The notes beneath the pieces are model-generated. The model saw only the letters and a list, made by a program, of their open reading frames with translations, was not told where the DNA came from and made no database searches. A stretch of 64,000 nt of DNA from Chiloscyllium plagiosum (Eukaryota): positions 3,347,733 to 3,411,732 of the forward strand of contig NC_057751.1 of assembly GCF_004010195.1 (NCBI RefSeq), read 5' to 3'. The translations under genes were made by a program, and so were the position numbers. Positions 26,401-39,029 of this stretch are shown here, in pieces; within the stretch, counting starts at the first letter, position 1, and each line of letters begins with the position of its first letter.

Positions 26401-27256
26401 AGAGCAGACACTGACAGGGAGATATTCCGGTCAGAGCCGCAGACGCGGACAGGGAGATATTCCGGTTACAGCAGACACGGAAAGGGAGATATTCCGGTTA
26501 GAGCCACAGACACGGACAGGGAGATATTCCGGTTAGAGCAGACACGGACAGGGAGATATTCCGGTTAGAGCAGACACGGACAGGGAGACATTCCAGTTAG
26601 AGCCGCAGACGTGGACAGGGAGATATTCCGGTTAGAGGCGCAGACACGGACTGGGAGATATTCCGGTTAGAGCAGACACGGACAGGGAGATATTCCGGTT
26701 AGAGCCACAGACACGGACAGGGAGATATTCCAGTTGGAGCCTCAGACACGGACAGGGAGATATTCCGGTTAGAGGCTCAGGCACGGACAGGGCGATATTC
26801 CGGTTCGAGCCACAGACACGGACAGGGAGATATTCCGGTTCGAGCCACAGACACGGACAGGGAGATGTTCTGGTTAGAGGCGCAGACACGGACAGGGAGA
26901 TATTCCGGTTGGAGCCGCAGACACGGACAGGGAGATATTCCGGTTGGAGCCGCAGACATGGACAGGGAGGGAGATATTCCGGTTAGAGCAGACACGGACA
27001 GGAAGATATTCTGGTTAGAACAGACACGGACAGGGAGATATTCCGGTTAGAGCAGACACGGGCATGGAGATATTCCGGTTAGAGCAGACACGGGCAGGGA
27101 GATATTCCGGTTAGAGCAGACACGGACAGGGAGATATTCCGGTTGGAGCCGCAGACACGGACAGGGAGATATTCCGGTTGGAGCCGCAGACATGGACAGG
27201 GAGATATTCCGGTTAGAGCCACAGACACGGACAGGGAGATATTCTGGTTCGAGCAG
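23413..27256. repeat. Minisatellite of about 115 interspersed 32-bp and 35-bp units
   Basis: Consensus GGACAGGGAGATATTCCGGTTAGAGC(CAC/CGC)AGACAC. A 32-bp period is measured at 25441-25473, and the long variant adds 3 nt. Copy number is estimated from length. Confidence 0.98.
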
Positions 27257-28408
27257 CTTTGCAACTGTCTTTGTTTCAATTTCAAGCACAACAGAAGTGT
27301 TTTTTGTGTTGAATATTGTCTGGTGGTCATCATTTATGAACGTCTCTGCTTTCTGAATGCCACTTGCGTATTTTGGCACCTGAACTGTTTGATCCTGTCT
27401 TTCATGCAGTTCGGTGTTACGTGGATGACATAACTCATTGTGTAATCCTGAGACCTGGACTAACACTCTACAGATGAGTTCAGATCCCAACAGATCAGCT
27501 GAACAAGTTAAATAATTCATAATTAAAGTAAATTTCAAATGTAAAAAAAAATTCATGCATGAAGCTGTTGTAAAAACCCATCTCGTTGACTGATGATCTT
27601 CAGGAAAGGAAATCAACCATCTTGACCCAATCTGGTGCCCTGTGGCCCCATTGCCATCAAATTTGAACTGTCTCTGAAATGGCCCAAAAACCCAACCAAT
27701 TGGTTTGACAAATAGCTGACCCTGACTTTAAGGGAAAGACTTTCAACATACTGAGTTGTCATCGAACTCAGACAGTTTTCTCTCAGTGTCTTGGGCATGG
27801 CAGTTCGCACAAGTTTCACATGTTAATTCTGCAAGAAATGATCTGATTTTCATCTGAATGAATGAATGTTGTCTGCTTCTGCCACATCTTGATCATTGAG
27901 CCACTTGCCAACTGGAATCAGTGTTTCTGCAGGAGTTTGGTGCTATTAAACTTGGAGCCACACAACTTTGGGCCTTGGGACAGTTTCTGACCTTGGTGGG
28001 AATGTGCTGTGCTGGGAAGTTGCTCACTTAAGTAGGTATGATCAGGGCAGTGATATTCCTGGCTTTTCAGGGATCGCCACTTTCAGCTGCATGTTGATGA
28101 CCAAAGAGACATGCACTTTGTCCTGCACTCAGGATCAGTGCGATCACCCCCAAATAATAATGAGCGCTATTTATATGAAGAGATGAAAGAGTGCTGAGTG
28201 GTTGACAAGTCAGCTATGATTGTTTGAGACATTGCTGTGGAGAAAGCAATGGGGAGCTCTGAGTGCTTCAAACTCCTTGTTGGTACAAATGATCGAACAC
28301 AGAGAATGAGCAGATTGCTTTAGTTTGCAGGGAATGAGTCCTTGTACAGGAATGGATGTCACTTATCAAACCACCAGCTGATGAGCCAGATTACAAATTT
28401 GACTGTGT

Positions 28409-28707
28409 TTAGATTATATTAGATTCCCTACAGTGTGGAAACAGGCCCTTCGGCCCAACCAGTCCACATCAACCCTCCGAAAAGTAACCCACCCAGACCC
28501 CCTCACTATACGGGCAATTTAGCATGACCAGTTCACCTAACCAGCACATCTTTGGATTGTGGGAGGAAACCGGAGCATCTGGAGGAAACCCACGCAGACA
28601 CGGAGAGAATGTGCAAACTCTACACAGACAGTTGCCCGAGGCTGGAGTCGAACCCACGTCTCTGGGGCTGTGAGGCAGCAGTGCTAGCCACTGAGCCACT
28701 GTGCCGC
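28409..28707 (-). mobile_element. tRNA-derived SINE (shark HE1-like)
   Basis: Minus-strand A box TGGCTCAGTGG (28688-28698) and B box GGTTCGACTCC (28644-28654). LINE-like 3' end with an (AATCT)n-type tail. Confidence 0.88.
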
Positions 28708-29049
28708 TGATGATCTTCACTTGGTTGTTTGTTTGTGTCGTGGTAACGTTCCAGGTTTGGTAACCCAGAACCCCAGGCTGATGTTCTGGTGGGTGGTGCC
28801 ATGCCTTAGTCTAGAGGAGCGCCTGCCTCATAAACAGGATATCCCAAGGTTTGATCTCTGCAGTGTGTGTTCTTCGAAAATGCTTGCTGGTAAAGGGGCT
28901 GATGAATGTTCCGAGTGACGATAGAGTATGAGCAGCCCACAACATTTGCTTTTGGGCTGTTATGGTGCAGAGGTAGTGTCCCTCCCTCTGGTACAGGAGG
29001 TAGAGTTTAAGAAGTCTCAGGTGGGGAATCATGTCTCGGAACAGATTAT

Positions 29050-29470
29050 AGAGTCCGACAGCACGGAGACAGGCCCTTTGGTCCAAACTGCTCCATGCTG
29101 ACCAAAATGTCCATCCACACAACCCCCATTTCCCTGCACTTGGCCCATCCCCTTGTAATCCTTTTCTATCCATGTATTTGTCCAAATGCCTTTTAAACAT
29201 TGTTAATATACTTGCCTCAACCACTTCCAGTGGCAGCTCATTCCATATCCGTACCATCCTCTGTGTAAAAAAGTTGCCCCTCAGGTTCCCTTTTTATTCT
29301 TTCCCCTCTAACCTTAAACTGATATCCTCTAGTCCTCAATACCCCAACCTTGGAGAAAAGACCGAGTGCATTCACCCTACGAATGCCTCTCATGATTTTA
29401 TACACCTCTATAAGGTCTCCCCTCAGTCTCCTACGCTCTGAAGAAAATGTCCTAGCCTGTCCAACCTCTG
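29050..29470 (-). mobile_element. CR1-type LINE 3' portion
   Basis: Minus-strand ORF VRIWNELPLEVVEASILTMFKRHLDKYMDRKGLQG. Confidence 0.85.
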
Positions 29471-31554
29471 CCTATGAGTGACCCCAGCCACCACTTTCAG
29501 TATCTCTTCCACTGACACACACTGGCAACACTGTGTGCCATCTACGAGATGCATGGTAGAAATTCACCAAAGCTCCCTTGACACTGCCTTCCAAACCTGT
29601 GGACTTGACCACTGTAAGGGCAAGGGCAGCAGATAGAGGGACTTTGTCCACCTCAAAACCTCTCATCATCCTGACTTGGAAAAACATTGCCATTGTTTCT
29701 GTCACTGGGTCAAGATCCTGGAACTGCCTCCTCAGTCATGCTATGGGTGTACCTGCAGTGATTGCAGAAGCTCAAGGAGTTGGTTAGGCCCTGTCTTCTT
29801 GAGGGGAATGAAGAACAGCAGGAACTGCTGGCAATGCCACTGACACCCACGTGGGAGGCCATTGAGTGTATCACTCATTTATGGGCCTGAAATTAACTCC
29901 ACTTGCATGATCTTTTCCCATAGGCTTTCAACTAATCATAATTTAGTTTGGAAAGGTTGTATTTAATCTGATTGCACTATTTTTTCAAGCGACGAATTCC
30001 TGTTCATAAGAAATGCCTGTGTCTTTTTTTTTAAAAAATCCTCACATCACCTCTGGCTTTATTGCTAATTATATTAAATTTGTATCTCTTTGGTACCAAC
30101 CCTGATGCCGGAGGAAACAACTTTTATCTTTATTAACTCTGTCAAAACCCATCATGATTTGGCAACTGTTTCTTCAACACTGCTTTTCACAGTAATTATG
30201 CAATGTCAGGGCTATCTACATATTCCATTTACTTCCTCAATTATTCTATTGTTATCTGTGATTATATTTGTGACATTTTTAAATGTCGGAACTGGTTGAG
30301 TTGGAGATTGCTGTTCCTGTTGCACTGATCACTGTGAATGGCCAACCCTTAATACTGTGAATGATTCATCGATCTGAGCGTTTAGCAGGTCAAATAGTGT
30401 CGTCTGAATCATCCACGTTGCAATGAAAATAGTTTGTTTTGAGTGCTGAATGCGCTGCCCAATTAATGCTCTTGCATCGTTCCCTTGGAAAGAAGCACTG
30501 AAACCATGGAGTTGCACATTTGTGCTCAGCTGCAAGGGTCTAATATCACAAGGTTTGAAGGCAGTTAGGTGTGATTCCTCCCACCAAGATTGAAATGTTT
30601 TCTCGTAAAAGAAACGGCTATATTTTGGAGATGTGATATGGACATATTGAGGAGATCTCTCTCAGACAACTTAAATGTTTCTGTGAATTCATTTCCACAG
30701 CATAACAGCAGAGAAATTACAGTCCAATTGCAGAGTCCAATGGCCCAAGCGCAGGGGGTGTCTGATGGATGGGTTTGACACCAGTAATTGACTGGGCTGT
30801 CAAGCTTGACTTGAAATATGCTCCATTCGCTGATGAGTCACTGTGCAAAATGTTGCACTTTATTTGCAGTTGTTTAAAGAGGGGAGATTTTCTTGCAACC
30901 CATGTCAGTAGCTCATGTTTTACTGCTGGCAACAAGAGGATTGAACATGGAATTCAGCAGGATTTTCAGGAACTGTGCCTGGGATGAGGGATTGCAATTG
31001 GGATTCAGTGATCTTAAGTTGACTGTCGCATTGGGATCCGTACTGTGCCCTTCGATCTCAAAGTATGTGCAAGCCGAAAGAAGTTGGAAGGCCGAGGAGG
31101 AGAAGAGCTTGAAATGATTTGATGTCATGCGTTTGAGTGAATTGGGTTGTGAGACTGTGCACTCAATCTTGGAGACCAGTTGAGCAGAGAGGTGGAAGGA
31201 AAAAGCAGCTAGTCTCACCAACCTCACGGTAATGATCGTGAGGTAACACGGAAAAAGCTCGTGTTAACATGCTACTGGGTTTCTCTCTGAGCCACTCTCA
31301 CCTTTACCAATCTAAACCACTGCAGGAGATCCCTCCGATCTCAAATTATCCATCCATTCCCAGTCATGCAGCACCCTAACTCACCAAAGCCTGGAGACAG
31401 TCAGCACAGACAGGATTGAATTCGCCTCAAGTCAGTCCCTCCTCTCCCCTTTTCAATCTGGTAAACTAGCACAAAACAATCCTTTTGTGGTTTCATAGAT
31501 TTCCTGTCATGTCCCTCCTCAGTCTAAGCTGCTGCGTAGTAAACTGAATTACAG

Positions 31555-31790
31555 TCCATACAGTGTGGAAACAGGACCTTCGGCCCAACAATTCCACACC
31601 AACCCTCCAAAGACTAACCCACCCTGACCCATTCCCCTACCCTGTGTTTACCCCTAACTAATGCACCTAGCCCACACATCCCTGAGCACTGTGGGTAACT
31701 TAGCATGGCCAATTCACCTGACCGGCACATCTTTGTGACTGTGGGAGGAACCCGGAGCATCCGGAGGAAACCCAGGTCCTTGGTGCTATG
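31555..31790 (-). mobile_element. tRNA-derived SINE, internally deleted
   Basis: Same 3' and core sequence as 28409-28707, lacking part of the 5' region. Confidence 0.8.
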
Positions 31791-32266
31791 ATGCCCCTGT
31801 CAAGTAAACAGGTCTGTGGATTTGCAATTCAGTACAAGTCTGGGAGAAGGCATTTCTGACAGTGTTGTCAAGTGTAGGGGGAGAGAGAGAGAGAGACACC
31901 AGGAAATTCGAATGAAAGGGGAGGGATCCAGAGACGTGATTATCTGTTATGTGCATGCAGACTGGAGGAATTTGCAATCCAGCTGATCTCGGAAAGCACC
32001 TTTCCTCTGACAGAATACGTAAATAATGGAATGAAATATTCTCCTTGTATTGAAGGGGAAACCCGATCAACACCTGAGGCAGAATGGAGCGAGGGAATAG
32101 CTGGAAGGGTGGAAAATACTCTAAGAACAGTTCATTGGACAAATAGTTTTAATTGGATGTTGAAATGAGCATGCGGAAGTAATTTGCTCATTGACTCATT
32201 TGTTGAGGTTTTTGTTTGAATGCCTGACCTTCTGAAAACGTTGACCTCGATTGGATGCTACTCATT

Positions 32267-32618
32267 GAATCCCTGCAGTGTGGAAGCAAACCATTCGGCC
32301 CATCGTGTCCACACTGACCCTCTGAAGAGTAACCCTGCCAGATCTGACTCCCTGCAACATCCCTGTAACCTGCCATTTCCCACAGATAATCCACCAAGCT
32401 GGCACATCCCTGAACACTGTGGGCAATTTCCCACGGCCAATCCACTGGATCTGCACATGTTTAGACTGTGGGAGGAAACCAGAGCACCCGGAGGAAACCC
32501 ACACAGACACAAGGAGGATGTGCAAACTCCACACAGACAGTCGCCCGAGGGTGGAATTGAATCCAGGTCCCTGGTCTTGTGAAGCAGCAGTACTAACCAC
32601 TGAGCCACTGTGCCACCC
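32267..32618 (-). mobile_element. tRNA-derived SINE (HE1-like)
   Basis: The minus strand begins gggtggcacagtggctcagtggttag, with a B-box-like GATTCAATTCC and the shared core. Confidence 0.88.
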
Positions 32619-34088
32619 TACTGTCCATGTCTGTGATTCTATGGAGTCAATCTCAACAGGCAGCCTGGAACTTGTGTCCACGCGATTTCAGGAGCTGTCT
32701 GCCAGCTACATTGCTGTAACACTTTCTGATGCTGCTGACTTGTCTGCCCAGTCGTGTTTCTTCAGGAAAAGTGTGAAGGAGCATTTTTCAGGAATGTAAA
32801 TGAGAAAGGAGCTGCGTGTGTCTGTGTTTTCTGATGTGAGTGTGAAGGACGCCTGTAAAATAAAATTCAGAAGTGTGCTCAGCTGAGGGAGAGTAGTTTC
32901 CTCCCTCCCCTTGGACGATTGTGTCTGACAGAGTTCCTTTGACGATGCGGTGAGTGAGCACATTTGGAGGTCCAGCAATCCTTGCTGCACTCTCGAGGGG
33001 GGTGGTTTCACCATATGAATAATCAGTTGTTGGTGCATCCGTTTGGAAAACCAGAGTGTTCAAATGATGAGCTCTGAGTTTAATAATTACACATAATCGC
33101 ACTGGTCGTTAAGTTCCAAGTTCAGAAATGACTGTGTAATAGCATAGGAAGACTTGAAGCATCCATGCAGTGTTCCTCCGTGATTTTAATGACCATGTTC
33201 CAAGGGCCTATGTCCTGTCTTCATTACGATAATATCCGAAGATATTAAACATCTTGTCTTGTAATGTTGTAAATATAATGTCTGTGTTGCTGCCTTTTAG
33301 ATCTTTCTGTGCTATGAGTATTTGTTTTCAAACAGTTACAAATTTGTCACTGTTGTGGCCATTAAAAGTTTCATGAGTGATGGAGTTTGGAACAACCAGA
33401 TAGGAAACTGTGGATATCCTCCCCGTTAGGGATATGGTCCATTGCTGGTCAAACCTGTGGCTAAGGTGAGGCCTGAATCGAATAATGCCAATGCCTGAAA
33501 ATCCTCACAGCTGCCTCCCTGCTCCAACCCACTCCTGATGGAATTAGGGATCACTAGGAGCGACAGCTTTGCAGGGCCGAGATGATGCGGGAGAGCCAGA
33601 AAGAGGCACAAGTGGATGGTTAATAATCCCTGGAGGGTTTGACAGGAGGTTCCAGTCGGGAGATGGTGGACTGGTTAACTGCAGCTTATTGTTGAAGCAC
33701 CCATGCATCCCTGTTTGAAGGGAATGAGGAGTTATTTAAGGAGACAGTATGAGCACTGGTATGGTGACTGAGATAGCATTGAGTAGCCCAGCTGAAGAAG
33801 CGTGCTGCTGCAGAGTTGATGGGCTGAATGGTCTTTCTATTTGCATTGACACTTTGATTCTGCAACCATGTTCAATGATAGGGTGAGGAAAGATTGGGAG
33901 TATCCGAATGACTTTCCATTCAAGTGACCCTGGCTGATTGCCATTGACTTGTACCACAGTGTCCTGCTCAAGATGTTGCATTCCGACTGAGAGCTCAAGT
34001 GTCGTGTACCTTGTCAAGATTGTATTATTCAAACTGGGAAAGAAATGGTTCACATTAATAATGTACTCTCTGACAGGATACTGGGTAC

Positions 34089-34406
34089 AGATTAGATTCC
34101 CTCCAATGTGGAAACAGGCCCTTCAGCCCATCAAGTCCACACTGACCCTCTGAAGAGCAACCCACCCAGACCCATTCCCCTACATTTACCCCTTCACCTA
34201 ACACTACGGGCAATTTCGCATGGCCGATTCACCTAATCTGCACATCTTTGGACTGTGGGAGGAAACCAGAGCACCGCAGAAGAAACCCACGCAAGCACTG
34301 GGAGGGTGTGCAAACTCCACACAGACAGTTGCCCGAGGCAGCAATTGAACCCGGGTCCCTGGCGCTATGAGGCAGCAGTTCTAACCACTGTGCCACTGTG
34401 CCGCCC
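34089..34406 (-). mobile_element. tRNA-derived SINE (HE1-like)
   Basis: The minus strand begins gggcggcacagtggcacagtggttag, with B box GGTTCAATTGC and an AATCT tail. Confidence 0.88.
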
Positions 34407-34751
34407 TAATCTGTTGTTTTTTCCAGAAAAAAGATTTGAACAAGTACTTGGAGCAATGAAAATATGAGGGATTTTATGCAGGAATGTGGGAGTTTGATGA
34501 ACTGGATTACTCTTGGCAAGACGCGGCTCAGATTCCTTGTACTGAATGGCCTCATTCTGTGCCTGATGTACATTGATCAGTCTGTTGCTATGCTCTTGCT
34601 TCTGCTAACTCGGTGTTATGAATATTTAGTCGTTTTGTTTGCAAGCATAAATTCTGAACTGAAACTGTGCCACTCGAACCAGCATATCGAGAGCTTTGCA
34701 CTTCTCCTCTTTTTACTAATTGGTGCTTTTTCTCCCTTGTTAAATTTGCAG

Positions 34752-34792
34752 GTGGAGAGAGATTTTGAGCGAGAATATGGCAAGCTTCAGCA
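34752..34792 (+). CDS. BIN3: BIN3 coding exon 3 (41 nt): VERDFEREYGKLQ(Q)
   Basis: Acceptor ttgcAG and donor GTaagt at 34793. Phase is compatible with exons 2 and 4. The peptide is visible at the end of ORF 34464..34796. Confidence 0.95.
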
Positions 34793-34990
34793 GTAAGTAT
34801 AAGACTGAGAATTAAGCACAACCGATAACAATGTGTTGTCATTTGAAGCTTAAGCATCCTTAATTTTTGTGTTTCTTGCGTGCAGTATTTATGACTTGAG
34901 TTGAAATATTTAATGAAGACAGAAAACGCTATCTTTCCAGTGTTACTTGCGAGACTGTTGACTTTTTCTTTCCCCTTGTTTCCTGTTCAG

Positions 34991-35052
34991 GCTGGAAGAT
35001 CAGATTAAGAAACTCCACAAGGATATGAAGAAAAGCACTGAAGCAGATATCG
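34991..35052 (+). CDS. BIN3: BIN3 coding exon 4 (62 nt): LEDQIKKLHKDMKKSTEADI
   Basis: Polypyrimidine tract plus ttcAG ending at 34990, donor GTagga at 35053. Homologous to BIN3 LEEQTRRLQKDMKKSTDADL, and the phases fit the flanking exons. Confidence 0.93.
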
Positions 35053-37120
35053 GTAGGATTGTGCACTTGCCCTGAGCAGAACTGGGAGAGGTGTGGGTTA
35101 TGTGGAAAGCAAACCTCAAAGTGCCTGCAGATAGGGAGGCAAGCCAATCTTCACACCACATTCAAAAACATCTTTTTGTCTCAGTGGCCAAGGAGAAGGT
35201 TGGGCAAAGAACGATAAAACAGGCACAGACTTTGTGCTTGATGACAAGGTGTAACAGGAATGAGGATTCTCTGCTCCCTTTTCAGAGCGAGTTAGGAAAC
35301 CTGTTCCAAAGATCCGTAACACTCCCAGAAATCACAAATTTTCTGAAATGTAAGTTATTTCCAAGTTGACATTACTAAAAAGCACATCCTCTTGTTTCCC
35401 TCACTTAGCTCATATAAATAATCTAACCATGTGTCCACAGATCTTTTATCATTTAAATACTTCGTCTTTCAGGTCAGCCACAGTAACAAAGGAGCTTTTC
35501 CTGACCTTTGATTTCATGACAGGGTTGTTTAGAACTGAAGAAATACTTCTATGTAGCTCCTGGTGTAGGTAATGTGGCAGCCAGTTAATGTACAGCAAAT
35601 AGCATTGAGGTGAATGCCCAGATAATCTATTTTCTGTAATCTGGAGAAATTTGGGAATTGCTGGACCTGTGAAGTAAAAGCAAGCAGTGCTGGAAATTGT
35701 CAGGAGATGAGGCAGAATCTGGGCAAAGGAAAACCAAGTGAGCATTTCAGCTCAATGACCTTTGGTCTGAACTCTGCTGGAAGATGTGAGACAGTCATTG
35801 AAATAACTGCGCAATCGCCAGTATGCCATCACCCTTTGTTTCCACGTGGCGAGCCCTTGACAGCTCCCTCAGAGTCAGCTCTCAGAGTGAAGACACTCTC
35901 TGCTACTTCTGTCCAGCCTATTTGGACCAGGTTAACAGCCCCAATCAGGGATTTCCGATTGTCGGATGTCCACCTGGTTGACCTTGCTCCAAATCACTGC
36001 AGTCATTTTCCAGAAACACCTCAGTCTTGTTAGCCTTTCCACAGATGCTTTTTTCATCTGTTGGCTGGATTCTGTTTGAGGGTGAAACATTGGCTAGAAT
36101 GACATGGAAAACATTCTGCCCCCCCCCCCCCAAGTACTCCAACAAAAATAGTTTTTGTGGTATTTTCCCATTTCTGTCCAACAGACAACTTCTGGGGTGG
36201 TACAGCTCAATGTCTGTGTCTGCTGAGATTTGGTGAGAGTTGCTGCAGACTCTACTGCATCCCATTCATCCATTGCAACACTGCTAAATTATTGAGAGCA
36301 TGCTGTTTCATATCAAATGACAAGGAAAGATATCCTGCAAAACACATTCATCGAGGAACTTTGAATGAACATGAATTCCTCTTCATTTTACATTGTCGAT
36401 GAGTGATTATAATTTCTTTGTTTTTGAAAACAAGTCCTCTACTTGTCAGGAACCAATCAGAGGTTGGTTGGGTAACCAAAATATTGGTGAAAATTCGGGC
36501 CCATGTTACAGAGAGTGGGTCAATGTCATCAAGAATGAGCTGACTATCAGTATGGTGGGCTGCAAGAGAAACCACTGGGGCCTCCCACAAGGCTGTTGTC
36601 ATATAATTGGGACACATGCATGGAGCTGCAAATCATGGCTCCTTGAATGATGTCAAATGCAATACTTCAGAACCTCAAGATGTGCTTTGTTTTGCCTGAG
36701 CTCTGGCATCTATTATACTTCTACAGCAACATGAGAGGTTTGGATGCACGTTATGTAATAGAGCTAAATGGTCACTGACAAAAAAGAAACAGTGAATGTT
36801 GCATGACTCACACTAAAGTGATAATTGACACTTTGCAACTCAAGCTGGTTGTTTTATTTTAAAATATAAATGTTGGATGCTGCAAATAACATCCCTGTAA
36901 TGTCTTTCTTGTCTTCAGCCTGACAATACAGGTAGCTGCCTTTTGAGAAACCAGTTTTTCAGAGAAAAGCAATTGAAACATTCTTGACTGCACCACCTAT
37001 ATTTGCTGATTTACCAGATAGATCCACCAAAAACTCTCAGCTCTGTAATGCTTTTTAGGACCTCAGGGAATCCCAAAGCACTTAACAGCTAATTCAGTGC
37101 TTTTGCTTTTGAGGTGTTTA

Positions 37121-37222
37121 TCAATTTTCCTGCTCCTCGGATGCTGCCTGACCTGCTGTGCTCTTCCAGCACCACTCTAATCCAGAATCTGGTTTCCAAC
37201 ATCTGCAGTCATTGTTTTTACC
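37121..37222 (+). mobile_element. PLE terminal-repeat fragment downstream of the hammerhead cleavage site
   Basis: tcaattttcctgctcctcggatgctgcctgacc...catctgcagtcattgtttttacc. Same family as 1062-1216. Confidence 0.75.
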
Positions 37223-37472
37223 GAACAGTATAGGAAGCACAATTTGCATGCAGTCAAGGTCTTGCAAGTAACAACATGATAATGACCGGAAGATGTATTT
37301 CAGTGATCCAAGTTGAAGGTTCCATTTTAGTTTGGACACTTTGGAGATTCTTTTCACATCCACCAGAGAAAGCAGAGGGGTTCGAGATTTCATGTCTCCC
37401 TCAGAAACTGTCAGGTGAAATGACATGCCCTATTCTCTGGAGCAGGACTTGAATTGACACATTTCTGACTTA

Positions 37473-37559
37473 GATGGAAATGTGTTGCTGGAAAAGCGCA
37501 GCAGGTCAGGCAGCATCTAGGGAACAGGAGAATCGACGTTTCGGGCATTAGCCCTTCTT
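37473..37559 (-). mobile_element. ~87-bp PLE terminal-repeat insertion truncated in the hammerhead core
   Basis: 13-bp direct repeat CATTTCTGACTTA (37460-37472 and 37560-37572). The minus strand reads UGAAGAAGGGCUAAUGCCCGAAACGUCGAUU and lacks the first core C and the 5' strand of stem I. Confidence 0.85.
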
Positions 37560-38156
37560 CATTTCTGACTTAACTGTGAGCTGCTGAACCCCAACTGATC
37601 TGAATATTGTCACGCCACGGGAGCACTGCTCGATTCGGTGTTGAGTCGTTCAGTCCCAAAGTCACATGTCTGATAATGGAACAACGTGGAACCGAAGTGC
37701 CAGTATATTACTTTCTTGCTTTTCCAGACAAATTCATGTGTTGAAACTTAACTCGGTCTGGACCCTACGATTCTGTGTAGAAATTGAGGATGAATTTCCT
37801 GCACAAAATGAAAGCAGGGGTGCTATTAATAATCTGACCACATGAGTTGCAGTGAAGGGGTTAGAGAGAGTGCTTTGGGAGGGTGTAGCAGGGTGGGAGA
37901 GCTGGAGGATAACCCTGTCCTGAGGGTGCAAGGAGAAACAACTTCATGAGCATGAAAGGGTATGGGGACAGAATGCAAACAGCAGACCAGGATGGATGAT
38001 CAGCTGTTCCCACACTGAATGGTGGAGTAAGCTTGAAGGGGCGAATGCTCCTATATTCTCTGTTTCTATCTCAACACATTTTCACGGTAGTTCTCTGTGT
38101 TATTTTAATGGAAGCACAAACTCATTTACACTGGTGAATGAAGTCGTGTTGCCATT

Positions 38157-38747
38157 TGTCACAAAGCTGTACCTTTACTCAAGGATACTGTGTCCTTGGT
38201 TTTTTTTCTCAGAGGGGTAAACAACTCCGGCTCCAAATCAACTGGTTTGCTACAGAGATGAAAGGCCTTTTTATTTATACATAAACAGATGAGACTTAAG
38301 GCCTAAGCTTTTCTGTTTTTAGAAGTGACCTGTATAATGAAAGGAGAGTGGTCAGTCCTGAAAACTGAAGTTAAGTTTGAGTCAGTTCAGCAGTGGAGCT
38401 GTGTGGAAACAGGCTGCTAGACTCTCTCTCTTTCTGCCCTTCTAACTTCGAACTATAAGCCTTTGATTCATTTTGACTGTGTTTAAGGGGTTTGTTTCTT
38501 GGGACTGTTGTGTGTATTTGGAACAGCATTATGAAGTCTCGTTTGGATAGACTGAGTTCTGTGGGTATTCTATATTCTATACTTTGTGTCTCATTGTGTA
38601 ATTTTATGAATAAATATTTGTCTGTTTTAAAATCTGGCAGCCATCTTGCTAACTTACTCCGGGTAATTTTCACTGTACACTTACCAAAGCAAATTGCAAA
38701 GTTAGTCTGGGCTGCCTGCTTAAGAATATTTTGAGTGGTCCATGACA
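38157..38747 (+). mobile_element. Solo LTR (591 bp)
   Basis: TGTCA...TGACA termini, 4-bp TSD CATT (38153-38156 and 38748-38751), AATAAA at 38609-38614. Confidence 0.82.
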
Positions 38748-38892
38748 CATTAAATGTTCACTCACCAATCATCAGTTTTGGCTTCAGTCTCCAGTCACAT
38801 GGAATTACTTGGCAGAATTGAAGGTAGGTGTGTTCTTAACATAAGTGCCTCAGATTTTTTTTTAAAAAGAGGTTCTGTGATGTTCTTTCCAG

Positions 38893-39029
38893 CCATGTCC
38901 AAGTCAGCGGTGAAAATTTCTTCGGATTTGCTGGCCAACCCTTTGTGTGAACAAGATCAGATGTTTATGGAGACGGTGACCGCTCTGGACACTGCAATGC
39001 GCAGAATGGATACGTTCAATCAGGAAAAG
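38893..39029 (+). CDS. BIN3: BIN3 coding exon 5 (137 nt): AMSKSAVKISSDLLANPLCEQDQMFMETVTALDTAMRRMDTFNQEK
   Basis: Acceptor ttctttccAG at 38891-38892 and donor GTttgt at 39030. Strong match to the BIN3 BAR-domain segment, within ORF 38754..39041. Confidence 0.97.

Noticed and set aside
23413..27256. CRISPR array, or Cys/Pro-rich protein from the minus-strand ORFs (TGISPCPC repeats)
   Set aside because: There are no unique spacers, no cas genes and the context is eukaryotic. Unit lengths of 32 and 35 are not multiples of 3, and stops recur, so the ORFs are by-products of the repeat.
23413..27256. Interstitial telomeric repeat (GGTTAG) or NF-kB site array
   Set aside because: There is only one isolated hexamer per unit, never (TTAGGG)n. 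GGGAGATATTCC is 2 nt longer than the 10-bp kB consensus.
28644..28707. tRNA genes at the SINE heads
   Set aside because: A and B boxes are present, but they continue into SINE core and LINE-like tails and recur as diverged copies.
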